From a virus (lineage: Duplodnaviria; Caudoviricetes): a stretch of 58,689 nt of DNA. The position numbers and the translations under genes are program-made. Below are positions 19,147 to 28,759 of the stretch, piece by piece. Location: positions 1 to 58,689 of the IMG/VR virus record IMGVR_UViG_3300008107_000212; one strand, given 5' to 3'. Each line of letters opens with the position of its first letter. The stretch's first letter is position 1. The notes under the pieces were generated by a model. The model was not told the DNA's origin and did no database searches. It worked only from the letters and a program-made list of their open reading frames with translations.

Positions 19147-21168
19147 TTAAAGACCAGGTGGTCCTGCATATGGATTTGCAGAGGGCCAATTGTAATTTAC
19201 AGGCCAATCGTACTCATCAGCACCTGGATGGTTGGCAGGTTTAGTTCTAAAAGATACTACACCCCCCATAGGATATTGACCATTTGCGTCAGTAGCACTA
19301 TTTGGATCTTGTAATTGAAACTGCAAACTATTTGGATCATTAGCTCCACCACCAGCAGTTGCAGCAGCATTATTAGCTCTTACTACTATCATTCCTCCTC
19401 CTTTACTAAAAGCAGCAGAACCAGTTGGACCAGTTTGGGTACTTTTTAGTTTTAATGATGTTAATGATCCTCCTAATAATTCTGCTGTTATACCTACATA
19501 AGCTGCCATTCTTTCAGAACCATTACTAGATGCTGTCCACGGTGTGCCTGCTGTTACATATCCACTACCTCCTAAAGAAGCCGCCCAAGTAGGATTAGTA
19601 CTAGCAGAAATCCATTCAGCTTGAGTACAGAATGGTAAGCCATCAATTCCTTGTACTTGCCATGCATTTCTCCATAAATCTAAAGCAGATTTAAAATAAT
19701 AAACTCGATGTGTAAAATTCATTACGGCAAAAGAAGAAGCATCAGTAGGTATTTGCCAGCTAGCAGGGGCATTAGGAACAAGTATATTGTCAGAACCACT
19801 TAAATATGGAGTAATTACATAGTAAGCTCCTGTATTATTAGTTTGTGGATAGTCACTTGTTCCGGGATTAAAAGCACTACCGTCGGATGATGAATTCCAA
19901 TATATATGATGGTAATGTTGTCTTCCGGGGCCGAATGGTTGTTCTATTGTGGTTGTTATTTGGGAGCATGATATTGCAAGTGGGGGCCCGGTTGATGTAT
20001 TTTGTAATTCAAAAATTATTCCTTGTCTATATGCTGATTGCCATGTTGAAAGATTTACTTGGGAATCTAAGGATCCACTTCTCGGGGTTATACTTGCTGA
20101 TATAATTACTGTACCTGGGGCGCCAGAATCAGGAACACTTCCAAAAGATGATGTTAAAAGAGTAGGGGCAGCTCCTTCCTCAGTTTTATAGATATTTAAC
20201 TGAAGATGAGTATTTGGGCCTGGGTTTCCTGATGATCTACAGCTAGTAAAAGACATTGTTATAAAAACGGGCATTTCTCCACAAATATAATTTGCTATAG
20301 GGAAAACAGGGCCTCTAAAGAAGTTATATGAACCTGTACCCGCAGTTCCTCTAGTAGTTTGAAAATAACTAGAAGTAAGAGGATTAAATTGTCCAGCGTA
20401 TTGTCCGTTTGGAGTGTTACCAAAAATACTTGTGGAATCTAATCTTAAAGTATCTAGAGTCGGAGTGTTAAATCTTAAAGTTTGTTTTGTATTACCACCT
20501 GCTAATCTAAAAAAGCCATCAGTTATCAAACTAGAAGCCAATTGGGCTGAGGCTGAATATTCATATCCTCCATTTATAACAGGAATAAGTCTAGATCCTG
20601 TATATCTTGGGACTGTACTTCCGTCTGCTTGGTTTACTAAAAATGGGCCTAAAAAAGTTCCATCAGGTGCTGTTCGACCAGTAAAAATATTATATGCTAA
20701 ATTTTTAGATCCGGATAAGAAATTTTTAGCATTTGTAGACCAAGTAACAGGATCATTACCTGTTGAACCACTACCATAATAAGCCCAAAATAATTGATTA
20801 TGTCTAGATCCGGTTTGGTTTATTAATAATGTACCGGCAGGAACAGTAGGACCATATATAAATCCTGCTTTATAACCAGAAACAGTATAATCATATGGTG
20901 TAAAGTTAATATTGGCATTAGATTCAGAACCATATACAACTGTTCCAAATGCTATTGGCCTATTCCATCCGGTAAGTGAGGAACCTGCTACTCCTTCATT
21001 GCTTGAATTTAATTTACCTGAAGCACTTAAAGAAAAAAGGCCACCAGGGTTATTAAAAGTATATTCGGCGCGTGCCCCTCCTGCATATCCACTTGCACTA
21101 TGAAAAACCTCGTTTAATTCATGGCGAGGTCCTATGATAATCATATTTGTTGTTGAAGTAAATGCCAT
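19147..21168 (-). CDS. Large Gly/Ser/Thr-rich putative virion surface protein
   Basis: 673 aa, beta-rich, many SGS/TGS/SAS tripeptides. Confidence 0.6.
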   Translation of the reverse strand: MAFTSTTNMIIIGPRHELNEVFHSASGYAGGARAEYTFNNPGGLFSLSASGKLNSSNEGVAGSSLTGWNRPIAFGTVVYGSESNANINFTPYDYTVSGYKAGFIYGPTVPAGTLLINQTGSRHNQLFWAYYGSGSTGNDPVTWSTNAKNFLSGSKNLAYNIFTGRTAPDGTFLGPFLVNQADGSTVPRYTGSRLIPVINGGYEYSASAQLASSLITDGFFRLAGGNTKQTLRFNTPTLDTLRLDSTSIFGNTPNGQYAGQFNPLTSSYFQTTRGTAGTGSYNFFRGPVFPIANYICGEMPVFITMSFTSCRSSGNPGPNTHLQLNIYKTEEGAAPTLLTSSFGSVPDSGAPGTVIISASITPRSGSLDSQVNLSTWQSAYRQGIIFELQNTSTGPPLAISCSQITTTIEQPFGPGRQHYHHIYWNSSSDGSAFNPGTSDYPQTNNTGAYYVITPYLSGSDNILVPNAPASWQIPTDASSFAVMNFTHRVYYFKSALDLWRNAWQVQGIDGLPFCTQAEWISASTNPTWAASLGGSGYVTAGTPWTASSNGSERMAAYVGITAELLGGSLTSLKLKSTQTGPTGSAAFSKGGGMIVVRANNAAATAGGGANDPNSLQFQLQDPNSATDANGQYPMGGVVSFRTKPANHPGADEYDWPVNYNWPSANPYAGPPGL

Positions 21169-21171
21169 ATC

Positions 21172-21435
21172 TTATACTTTATATATTTTTAATTTAAGTG
21201 TTCCTGTTCCTTTTATAACACGATGATATTCGTGCCTGGGTATAAATATATGGGAGTTTAGGGAAGTCGGCAACTGATTATCAAGTTGTAGTTTCCAATC
21301 TGTTTTGCCTATGATTTCTACTATGCGGCTTTCATCGTCTCGATGCCATAGTAGTTCTATAGGGTCTATATTTTCGTCAAATTCACGAATAATATAGCTG
21401 TCTGTGATTTCTATATCTTTATACGGCTTTGTCAT
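21172..21435 (-). CDS. Small cupin-like protein
   Basis: WHRD...WKLQLDNQLP...IFIPRHEYHRVIKG; start set to MTKPY (21435). Confidence 0.6.
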   Translation of the reverse strand: MTKPYKDIEITDSYIIREFDENIDPIELLWHRDDESRIVEIIGKTDWKLQLDNQLPTSLNSHIFIPRHEYHRVIKGTGTLKLKIYKV

Positions 21436-21844
21436 CTGTAATTGGACCTCCAACAACCCAAGCATCGCAAGTTCGAGCTGCTGCGCATTTGAATTTTAAA
21501 AATCTACAATATCCTAACTTACCCGCTTCAATTACATCGAACGGATCTTCTGTGCCTTCATCGTCGCCTATTCCTTTAGCAATACAATCTAATGTTTTAG
21601 TTGTAATATCGAATGCGGCACAATTGCCGCAACGAGAAGTTTTAGCTTCTTCTATAGAATCAAGCTTCCACATATCAACTTTAGCTTGCCAAAATTTTTC
21701 GTTGGGTTCATTTGGATTTAAAGGACCATACCCATATTCGTTTATGGCTTCTTGCCTATTTTGCAAGTTCAACTCTATGTTTTGGGTTGGGGCTGGGCAT
21801 TGGTTTAGCTCAGCTTCGCTTAGTATGTTGATTAGTTTAATCAT
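21419..21844 (-). CDS. Cys-rich (metal/Fe-S-binding?) protein with packaging-type leader
   Basis: CGNCAAF...GYC...KC...TCDAW; leader MIKLINILSE. Confidence 0.6.
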   Translation of the reverse strand: MIKLINILSEAELNQCPAPTQNIELNLQNRQEAINEYGYGPLNPNEPNEKFWQAKVDMWKLDSIEEAKTSRCGNCAAFDITTKTLDCIAKGIGDDEGTEDPFDVIEAGKLGYCRFLKFKCAAARTCDAWVVGGPITDDKAV

Positions 21845-22626
21845 TTTAAATATATGTCTCCTTTTACTTTTATATTAGGGTATTTTGCTTTAAGTTGTTC
21901 TTCAGTAGTGTATTTTTTAGATAATGGTGTATTACTTAAATTTAAATTACCTCCAACTTTAAGATCATTTGGGAGTGATTGGATTGGTGTATTATGTAAA
22001 ATTAAATGACGCCCAACTTTAAGATTATCAGGTAATGATTTAATTAGTGTATTAGGTAAAGATAAACTACCTCTAACTTTAAGATCATTTGGGAGTGATT
22101 TGATTGGTGTATCATCTAACCATAAACCATCTCCAACTTCAAGACCATTTGGAAGTGATTGGATTTGTAAATCACTTAAAAATAAATCACCTCTAACTTT
22201 AAGATTATCGGGAAGGGATTGGATTGGGGTATTATCTAAATGTAAATCACCTCTAACTATAAGACCATCGGGCAGTGATTGTATTTGTGAACTATTTAAC
22301 CATAAATCACCTCCAACTATAAGACCATTTGGGAGGGATTGGATTTGGGTATCATCTAAATGTAAATCGCCTTTAATCTTAAGATTATCGGGTAGTGATT
22401 GGATTTGTGATTCATTTAAGTATAAATGACCCCCAACTACTTTAAGATTATCGGGTAGTGATTGGATTGGTGCACCCACTAAATCTAAATCACCTTGCGA
22501 GCCATTCTTAATATACTGTTGGATTTTCTTTTGGATAATTATTTGATAGTTCTTTTGACGTTCTTCGGGGGAGCGTCTTGGGACTAGGATTTGGGTTTCC
22601 TTGAGTATGTTGAGTAGTTTTATCAT
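21841..22626 (-). CDS. Leucine-rich repeat protein (about 9 x 20 aa)
   Basis: IQSLPxxLxVxGxLxLxxTx repeats; leader MIKLLNILKE. Confidence 0.85.
   Translation of the reverse strand: MIKLLNILKETQILVPRRSPEERQKNYQIIIQKKIQQYIKNGSQGDLDLVGAPIQSLPDNLKVVGGHLYLNESQIQSLPDNLKIKGDLHLDDTQIQSLPNGLIVGGDLWLNSSQIQSLPDGLIVRGDLHLDNTPIQSLPDNLKVRGDLFLSDLQIQSLPNGLEVGDGLWLDDTPIKSLPNDLKVRGSLSLPNTLIKSLPDNLKVGRHLILHNTPIQSLPNDLKVGGNLNLSNTPLSKKYTTEEQLKAKYPNIKVKGDIYLK
21921..22490. repeat. 60-bp tandem coding repeat (LRR units)
   Basis: Consecutive 60-nt lines align (aagaycatt/yggragtgattggatt...). Confidence 0.9.
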
Positions 22627-23372
22627 GATATTTCTATAATATTGGTGAAAGTATCAATATCTTTTTTAGATATTTGTTTGTCTAAACCATCGTACCCATC
22701 AATTTGTCCTCCTGGTAAAACCGCCAATGCAGTTACTATTAAACTTTTCCAGCGTTTAGGGAATGCTTTTTTTAATTTATTTATCATTTCCTCAGATTTT
22801 ACTTTTATATAGTAAAATGTAACCCCACGACTATAGTAATAATCATTAAAATGGTCTGGGGCTTTATATGTTGAGCACCACGCTGAGTCTTTTTTTCCGT
22901 CACCACAGTCTCTAAATGCAAATTGGGATAAACCTAGTTTACGAGAAGCTTCGTGGGTGTGGGGGGTCATTATAAGTAAATCTGAATTGTCTATGATTGT
23001 TTCATAATCCGATTCTAGATCTTTAACAGATACAGCATCACCTGATTTGTTTATAGCATCAACTTCTTTTTTTAGGTCTTCAAAAGATTTGAATTGGTTG
23101 ATATCTTTAGTTTTGGCTTTACCTTTAGTTAAGAATGTATTGTATTCTTCAATTGTGTTTCTTAAATCGTCAATGTCAGTGACTGTTTTAGCTGCCCATT
23201 GTTTTGCCATCCACCCTACATACTTGCGGGTTGGGGTGGGATCTATTTCTATAAGTTGCTTTAATTCATCTTCAGATAATTTCCCTTGCCCAACATAGGT
23301 TTTGGCTTGGCTTACATTTTCTACAATGTATTTCTTGTTTTCTGTAAGTAGTTTACTGTGGGTAAATTTCAT
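22623..23372 (-). CDS. Hypothetical protein (PcfJ-like tail: P.THEAS..LG...WC)
   Basis: DPTPTRKYVGWM, KDINQFKSFEDL and SAWCSTY motifs; family assignment from memory. Confidence 0.5.
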   Translation of the reverse strand: MKFTHSKLLTENKKYIVENVSQAKTYVGQGKLSEDELKQLIEIDPTPTRKYVGWMAKQWAAKTVTDIDDLRNTIEEYNTFLTKGKAKTKDINQFKSFEDLKKEVDAINKSGDAVSVKDLESDYETIIDNSDLLIMTPHTHEASRKLGLSQFAFRDCGDGKKDSAWCSTYKAPDHFNDYYYSRGVTFYYIKVKSEEMINKLKKAFPKRWKSLIVTALAVLPGGQIDGYDGLDKQISKKDIDTFTNIIEIS

Positions 23373-23389
23373 TTTATTAATATTTTTAG

Positions 23390-23980
23390 TTATAAATATA
23401 TGTCTCCTTTTACACCAGGCACCATTGCTTTAATTTCTTCTTCAGTATATTTTTTAGATAGTGGGGTATTTTTTAACCATAAATTACCCTCAACTTCAAG
23501 ACCATTTGGGAGTGATTGGATTGGGGTATTATTTAAATCTAAACTACCTTTAACTTTAAGATCATTTGGAAGTTCTTTGATATTTGTTCCTCTTAAATCT
23601 AAATAATTTCCAACTTCAAGACCATCGGGAAGTGATTGAATTGGTGTGCTGGATAAAATTAAATTACCTCCAACTTCAAGACCATTTGGAAGTGATTGGA
23701 TTTGTGAATTATATAAATGTAAATCACCTCTAACTATAAGACCATCGGGCAGTGATTGTATTTGTGAACTATTTAACCATAAATCACCTCCAACTTCAAG
23801 ATCATTTGGAAGTGATTGGATTGGTGTATCGTCTAAATTTAAATCACCTTGTGAACCATCCTTAATATATTGTTGGATTTTTTTTTGAAGAGCTATTTGA
23901 TAGTTCTTTTGGCGTTCTTCGGGGGAGCGCCTTGGGACTAGAATTTGGGTTTCCTTTAGTATGTTGAGTAGTTTGATCAT
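23390..23980 (-). CDS. Leucine-rich repeat protein paralogue (about 6 x 20 aa)
   Basis: Same first 29 aa and similar C-cap (LSKKYT...VKGDIYL) as 21841-22626. Confidence 0.85.
   Translation of the reverse strand: MIKLLNILKETQILVPRRSPEERQKNYQIALQKKIQQYIKDGSQGDLNLDDTPIQSLPNDLEVGGDLWLNSSQIQSLPDGLIVRGDLHLYNSQIQSLPNGLEVGGNLILSSTPIQSLPDGLEVGNYLDLRGTNIKELPNDLKVKGSLDLNNTPIQSLPNGLEVEGNLWLKNTPLSKKYTEEEIKAMVPGVKGDIYL
23391..23398 (-). promoter_or_regulatory. TATTTATA box (putative late promoter)
   Basis: 18 nt upstream of ATG 23372, overlapping the stop of the LRR gene. Confidence 0.45.
23461..23850. repeat. 60-bp tandem coding repeat (LRR units)
   Basis: Visible 60-nt periodicity. Confidence 0.9.
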
Positions 23981-24741
23981 TTTGTTTTACCCCATTTTTT
24001 ACCTTTACCCGGATCTTTACATTTAGATGGTGTTGGGCGACATGAAGGATATTTTGAACGTATTTCGCCTTTTTGTCTCCCACATGGCTTGTATCCTGTT
24101 ATTTTTCCGTCTTTGCGGATTGGTGAATTACAATCAACCCAACCTCCTGTTTTACCCGGTGCTCCTTTACGTTTGAACCAGGTGCGGAGTGTTTCTTTTT
24201 GTTTTTCGGTTAAAATTTCACTTGTTAAATCAACAATCCATATCAATGGATCAATTCCTTTATCTACTAATCCTGCTAGTCTAGTGTTACCAGCAACTAA
24301 ATCATAATTGTTCTCATCAAATTTTACAGCAATTGGAAGTTCAATGGTGCCTGTTTCAAATGCTTGTTGGAAACGTTTTTTTTTGTTTGCCTCTAAAGTA
24401 TTAAAATTTAAATCAACATTACCCAACATGTCTTCAATTTGTGAGTAATTTATAGTACGTCCCTTTTTAGCTAAGTCAATCCAACCTTCTTTGCCCATTT
24501 GTTTAAATTCTGGGTAGCGGATAGCTTCATTCCATTCGAATTCAAAATTGGGTTTTTTGTATTGTATTTTAGATTCTTCTTCTTTAATGCCTTTCCATAT
24601 TTTACCCTTACGGCATCTAACTACAGCTCCTGATTTGTAAGCTGATGGCTTATCGAATTTGCGGTCTGCAATGCGTAAGCATCTGTCGCGTTTCGATTTT
24701 TCCTCTTGGAGGATTTGTTTGAGGATGGAGATGAGGTTCAT
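23977..24741 (-). CDS. Modular protein: basic Cys module + ParB/Srx-like domain + basic Cys module
   Basis: LPIAVKFDENNYDLVAGNTRL is ParB/Srx-like; start set to MNLISILKQILQEE. Confidence 0.6.
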   Translation of the reverse strand: MNLISILKQILQEEKSKRDRCLRIADRKFDKPSAYKSGAVVRCRKGKIWKGIKEEESKIQYKKPNFEFEWNEAIRYPEFKQMGKEGWIDLAKKGRTINYSQIEDMLGNVDLNFNTLEANKKKRFQQAFETGTIELPIAVKFDENNYDLVAGNTRLAGLVDKGIDPLIWIVDLTSEILTEKQKETLRTWFKRKGAPGKTGGWVDCNSPIRKDGKITGYKPCGRQKGEIRSKYPSCRPTPSKCKDPGKGKKWGKTK

Positions 24742-24742
24742 A

Positions 24743-25645
24743 TTACCAAAAACCACTAAAATTTGATTTTAAACCAAGTAATTTAGCATATCTTGGAAGT
24801 CTACATGACCAATATGAAGCTTTAGTTCTATCTTTTTTATTAGCACAATCGTGTCTTTTAGCAAATGCACGACGGGCTTCTGGATTATTGATTTTAGCTG
24901 ATAGGCCTGTAGTGTCTCCAAAAGATACTTTTTTGATACCACCACCAGGTTTTCTTACATAAACATAAAATTTTTTAGATCCACCACGTTTTGGTTTTCC
25001 AATTGGAGGTGTTTTCTTTTTATCTTCTTCAATTGGTTTTTCATATCTAAGTTTATTATATAACTGATTTGATAAAATATAATTTGCAGCAAAATCTTTT
25101 AATTCTTTAAAACTTCCAAAATTACGTCCACCAGGATCTATGTCATAACCGTTCCAAGTTAGTTTATAATTTGCTATTATTTTTCCATCTGGATTAGTGC
25201 GCTCTTTTGTTTTAGTGTAAAGAATATTGTCATTACCTGTATAAGTGTCAGGTAATTCTTCCTCAATTTCTTCCATTATAAAATCTAATGGAACCTTTTT
25301 ACCTTCATACATCCCAAATTCACCCAATTGGGTTTCAGTTAGTATTTCAAGATCGTCTTGGTTTTTGATATCTATAATACCGCGAGAATATAATGCTCTT
25401 GCCTCGGACCATAAATCAAAATAGTTTTGTGAACCAGCACGATACACATGTTCAGTAAGCGGTTTGTTATTGTCTATATGGTATTTAAGTCCCTCAGACA
25501 ATATTTCGCGCGGTGCGATTGATTCGTTGAGTATAGGCGCTAATATACGTTTATCTTCACAAGTATTACAACCACAAGAACATGATTTTTTCTTTAAGTT
25601 GTATCCTTGGAGAGATTCTTTGATGAGGTTGCGGAGTGTATTCAT
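24743..25645 (-). CDS. Modular putative internal head protein with basic C-terminal domain
   Basis: Leader MNTLRNLIKES; CSCGCNTC; C-terminal KKVSFG...AFAKRHDC...YWSC. Confidence 0.6.
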   Translation of the reverse strand: MNTLRNLIKESLQGYNLKKKSCSCGCNTCEDKRILAPILNESIAPREILSEGLKYHIDNNKPLTEHVYRAGSQNYFDLWSEARALYSRGIIDIKNQDDLEILTETQLGEFGMYEGKKVPLDFIMEEIEEELPDTYTGNDNILYTKTKERTNPDGKIIANYKLTWNGYDIDPGGRNFGSFKELKDFAANYILSNQLYNKLRYEKPIEEDKKKTPPIGKPKRGGSKKFYVYVRKPGGGIKKVSFGDTTGLSAKINNPEARRAFAKRHDCANKKDRTKASYWSCRLPRYAKLLGLKSNFSGFW

Positions 25646-25648
25646 AAT

Positions 25649-25656
25649 TATAAATA
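25649..25656 (-). promoter_or_regulatory. TATTTATA box (putative late promoter)
   Basis: 3 nt upstream of ATG 25645. Confidence 0.55.
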
Positions 25657-27116
25657 TTATTGGAGAGGTTGAATTTTCTGTACTTCTAAAGTGCCTTGAA
25701 CATTTCCATTATTTCTAGCATTTATTGCAACTGAATATGGTTTTCCTCCTTTTTCGATTTTAAAATTAATTTTTAGTCCTCCAAAAGTAGAGCTATCTGA
25801 TATTTCTATAGGGTCATAGTCCCCATCTACATTATAAAGTACAATGCTTTTTCCTCTTTCAAATTTATCTACATTTCCGGGTTCTCCTGTTTTTTGACCA
25901 GTTATTTTAAAAAATGTTGGATTAATACCAGTAAGAGATAGAGCAAATCCAGCTAATGCTACTATAGCATCATCTACTTCAGATGATGGAAATTGTCTAA
26001 ATAAAAATTCTATAGATTTTAAGGCAGCATATTTTCCTCTTAAGAAGGATATATCATCTTTTAATTGGGTAAATTAGTAATACCTTTTTTATATTGGTCT
26101 GCTTGGAAATTAATTTCTTCGTCTGTTAAATTATAATCTTCTTTTACTTTTGTATATTTATTTAATAAGGCTTTAGCTTTACCCCCTTGAGCTTGTTCTT
26201 GTTTTAAAGAAATAGCAACCAAAGGTTTACTATCTTCTCCCCATCTATCATTAAAATAATCATTTAATATCTCAATATTATCCAAAGACTCAATCCCAGT
26301 TACTTCATCTAATTGAACATATACGTCCCCAGGACACCATTTATCCGCGGGCAGACCAGTTAATTGGGTTGCTTTATTTCTTATAGTATTAAATAGACCA
26401 GTACGAATTAATTTTTGACCAGGATATACTTCTTTAATCGCTAAAGCAGAGGATAAAGGTTGATTAATAAAATTAATATTAGCTGCATTATCTTTTCCTT
26501 TAATAGCAGTAAAAAAAGCAGCTACTTTTTGGGAAGCAGAAGACGATTCTCCAGGTATTCCTTTATTAGCTATTTTAATAAGTTTTTCTATTCTAGAATT
26601 AAAATTTTTCTTATCAAAAGGAGAATCTATATTAGAATAATAAAATAAAGATACTAATGCTTCTTTTACATCTGTATCTCCTGATGATTCTTTGGCTGTT
26701 CCTTTGATGATAATTTTTAGAGGTTTACCTTTAAAATCAATTTGGGCACTTCCGAGACTAGAACCAGTAGGTAATTTTTTAAAATTAGAGATATCTCCTT
26801 TTTTATTAGATAATTGTTGGATTAAATCATATATTTCTAATCGTTGTTGATTTGATTGAGCCCCTACATTAGGAACATTAGAAAAAGTTAATTCAATTGT
26901 ACTTTTCCCTTCACTAGATATATCCCCGTATTCACTAAATTTTCCTGATTTGTTTAAAGTATTTATCAAATCTTGATTTTCTATAATTACACTTTCTTGG
27001 GTAATTTTGCTTATTAAATCCTCCAACAACAAAATATCCTGCTCATTATTCATGTCAGGATATCCTTTTGGAAATTTATAAGCAAATTTCTTAAAAAATA
27101 TATCAAATGGATCCAT
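25657..27116 (-). pseudogene. Frameshifted PD-(D/E)XK-like nuclease gene (351-aa ORF plus 137-codon ATG-less continuation)
   Basis: DKWCPGDVY...VAISLK motif. ORF stops at 26061; another frame is open 26073 to 25657 (TQLKDDISFLRGKYAALK...QGTLEVQKIQPLQ*) and fills the gap exactly. Confidence 0.7.
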
Positions 27117-27604
27117 TATGCTTCTTCTTCGGGTGGGGTTTTGGTAGCTGGTTCTTCAGCTGCTGGTGGTTCTTCTCCTGTTTCAGCGGCTGGGGTTGCT
27201 TCTTCGGTTGATTTAGCCGGCCCATAATATAACAATCTCGAAATTGCTTCTGCTGCTGATTCTTCTTCGTTTAAGTTTAGTAAATAATATTTTTTACCTT
27301 CCACTTGGGCTATCCAACTTCTTTCTGTAAAGATAAGATAAAATGTTTCATCATTTTGTAATATAATTCTGAAAGTTGTAGGGCGCGGAGCAACCCATTC
27401 AATGTCTGAAAGGAATATTTCGTATTGGGATGTAAGTAAATCTTTTATTACTTTTTGTAGATCGGGGAATTTTGCTAGAACAGGGAATTTAACAGGACCT
27501 AGAGAAATAGGAGATGGCGCGTCCAAATCTACCGGGGCAGATTTAGGCTTATATACTTGTTGTACAACAGCGCGAATTTTATCTCTTAGTTCTGCTTTGG
27601 TCAT
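27116..27604 (-). CDS. Hypothetical protein, acidic Pro/Glu tail
   Basis: Leader MTKAELRDKIRAVV; WVAPRPTTFRI core. Confidence 0.6.
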   Translation of the reverse strand: MTKAELRDKIRAVVQQVYKPKSAPVDLDAPSPISLGPVKFPVLAKFPDLQKVIKDLLTSQYEIFLSDIEWVAPRPTTFRIILQNDETFYLIFTERSWIAQVEGKKYYLLNLNEEESAAEAISRLLYYGPAKSTEEATPAAETGEEPPAAEEPATKTPPEEEA

Positions 27605-28757
27605 TTTTTATTCGATTAAATACTCTTTCTAGTAAAGTTTCTTCTAAACCTTGTTCACGACGAAATTGGTTTTCATCTTTTTCTATTTCATCTCTAGTTA
27701 CTTTGTCCATAAATGCTTTTTGGAACTGAGGGAAGCTATCTGCAGGTTCTCCATATAATTCAATAGTTCCATCTTCTATATTAATGTAGATATCAGCGGT
27801 TTGGTAACCCATGTCTAATATTAATGTATCATAATTTTTACCAATAGCAGTTCCACCAGTAATTCTAGCACCTACTTTTTCAGCCCAACCAGCAACTTTA
27901 TTAACTAAAGAAGATATACCTTTTCTTTCGGCAAATTCTTTAATGTTTGAAGGAACATATGCTTCTGATAATTCTGTTTCATCAATTTCTTCAGCAGCAC
28001 CTACAATAGCGTCGTAATCGTCCATTGTTAATGTACCTCTTTCTTTACCTAAAGTATTTGCTTTTTCGGTAACGTCATGTAAATCCATGTCTTGAGAAGC
28101 ATCTTCTCTTGAATATTCTAACATACGAAGGAATAAAGGAATATCCATTGTAATGGTATCAACGGCATCTTCTGATTTGGCTTCATTAACGGGACGTTCA
28201 AAATGAGCATTACTAAAGAAATCCCAAATCCATTCAGCCATTTCCATTGTAAATCTATCTTCACCAATCATATCAATTAATTGGTTAACTTTAGCTACAG
28301 CTTTAGGATAACGTTTTAACTTTATATTAATCATTTGTTTACCAGATGTAAAACCATTTGATTCATTCATTGATGTTTTTACAACACCTTTAAGATTAGC
28401 TAAATCAACAATATTATTAAATTTATCATAAAATTCATCTGATTTATTAACTGGTTTGTAAATTACTTTAAATGGTCTTACTTTGTCAGTTTTTGACATT
28501 TCGTATTTAACATCTAAAGCATCTAATTGCTTTTTGATATCATTTATTTTGGCTTTAGCTTCTTCTAAAGGTTTAGAAAAAAATTCTTTGATTTGTATTT
28601 TATATCCTTTAGGATCATCTTTTGTAAAAAAATATGTTACTTTCTTACCCGGATTTTCTTTTTTAATTCTTTTTAATTCAAATTCTAATTCAGCCATATC
28701 TACAGCTTCATTTATTGATTTGGAGAAAAATTCTTTAATTTTTTGTAGATCTTCCAT
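27579..28757 (-). CDS. Modular putative internal head protein
   Basis: Repeated IKEFFSKxxxEA; modules separated by xNE/xSE sites. Confidence 0.6.
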   Translation of the reverse strand: MEDLQKIKEFFSKSINEAVDMAELEFELKRIKKENPGKKVTYFFTKDDPKGYKIQIKEFFSKPLEEAKAKINDIKKQLDALDVKYEMSKTDKVRPFKVIYKPVNKSDEFYDKFNNIVDLANLKGVVKTSMNESNGFTSGKQMINIKLKRYPKAVAKVNQLIDMIGEDRFTMEMAEWIWDFFSNAHFERPVNEAKSEDAVDTITMDIPLFLRMLEYSREDASQDMDLHDVTEKANTLGKERGTLTMDDYDAIVGAAEEIDETELSEAYVPSNIKEFAERKGISSLVNKVAGWAEKVGARITGGTAIGKNYDTLILDMGYQTADIYINIEDGTIELYGEPADSFPQFQKAFMDKVTRDEIEKDENQFRREQGLEETLLERVFNRIKNDQSRTKR

Positions 28758-28759
28758 TT

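Noticed and set aside
21921-23850. 60-bp periodic repeats as a CRISPR array or DGR target
   Set aside because: In-frame coding LRR units with no repeat-spacer alternation; no cas gene, reverse transcriptase or non-coding template repeat in the window
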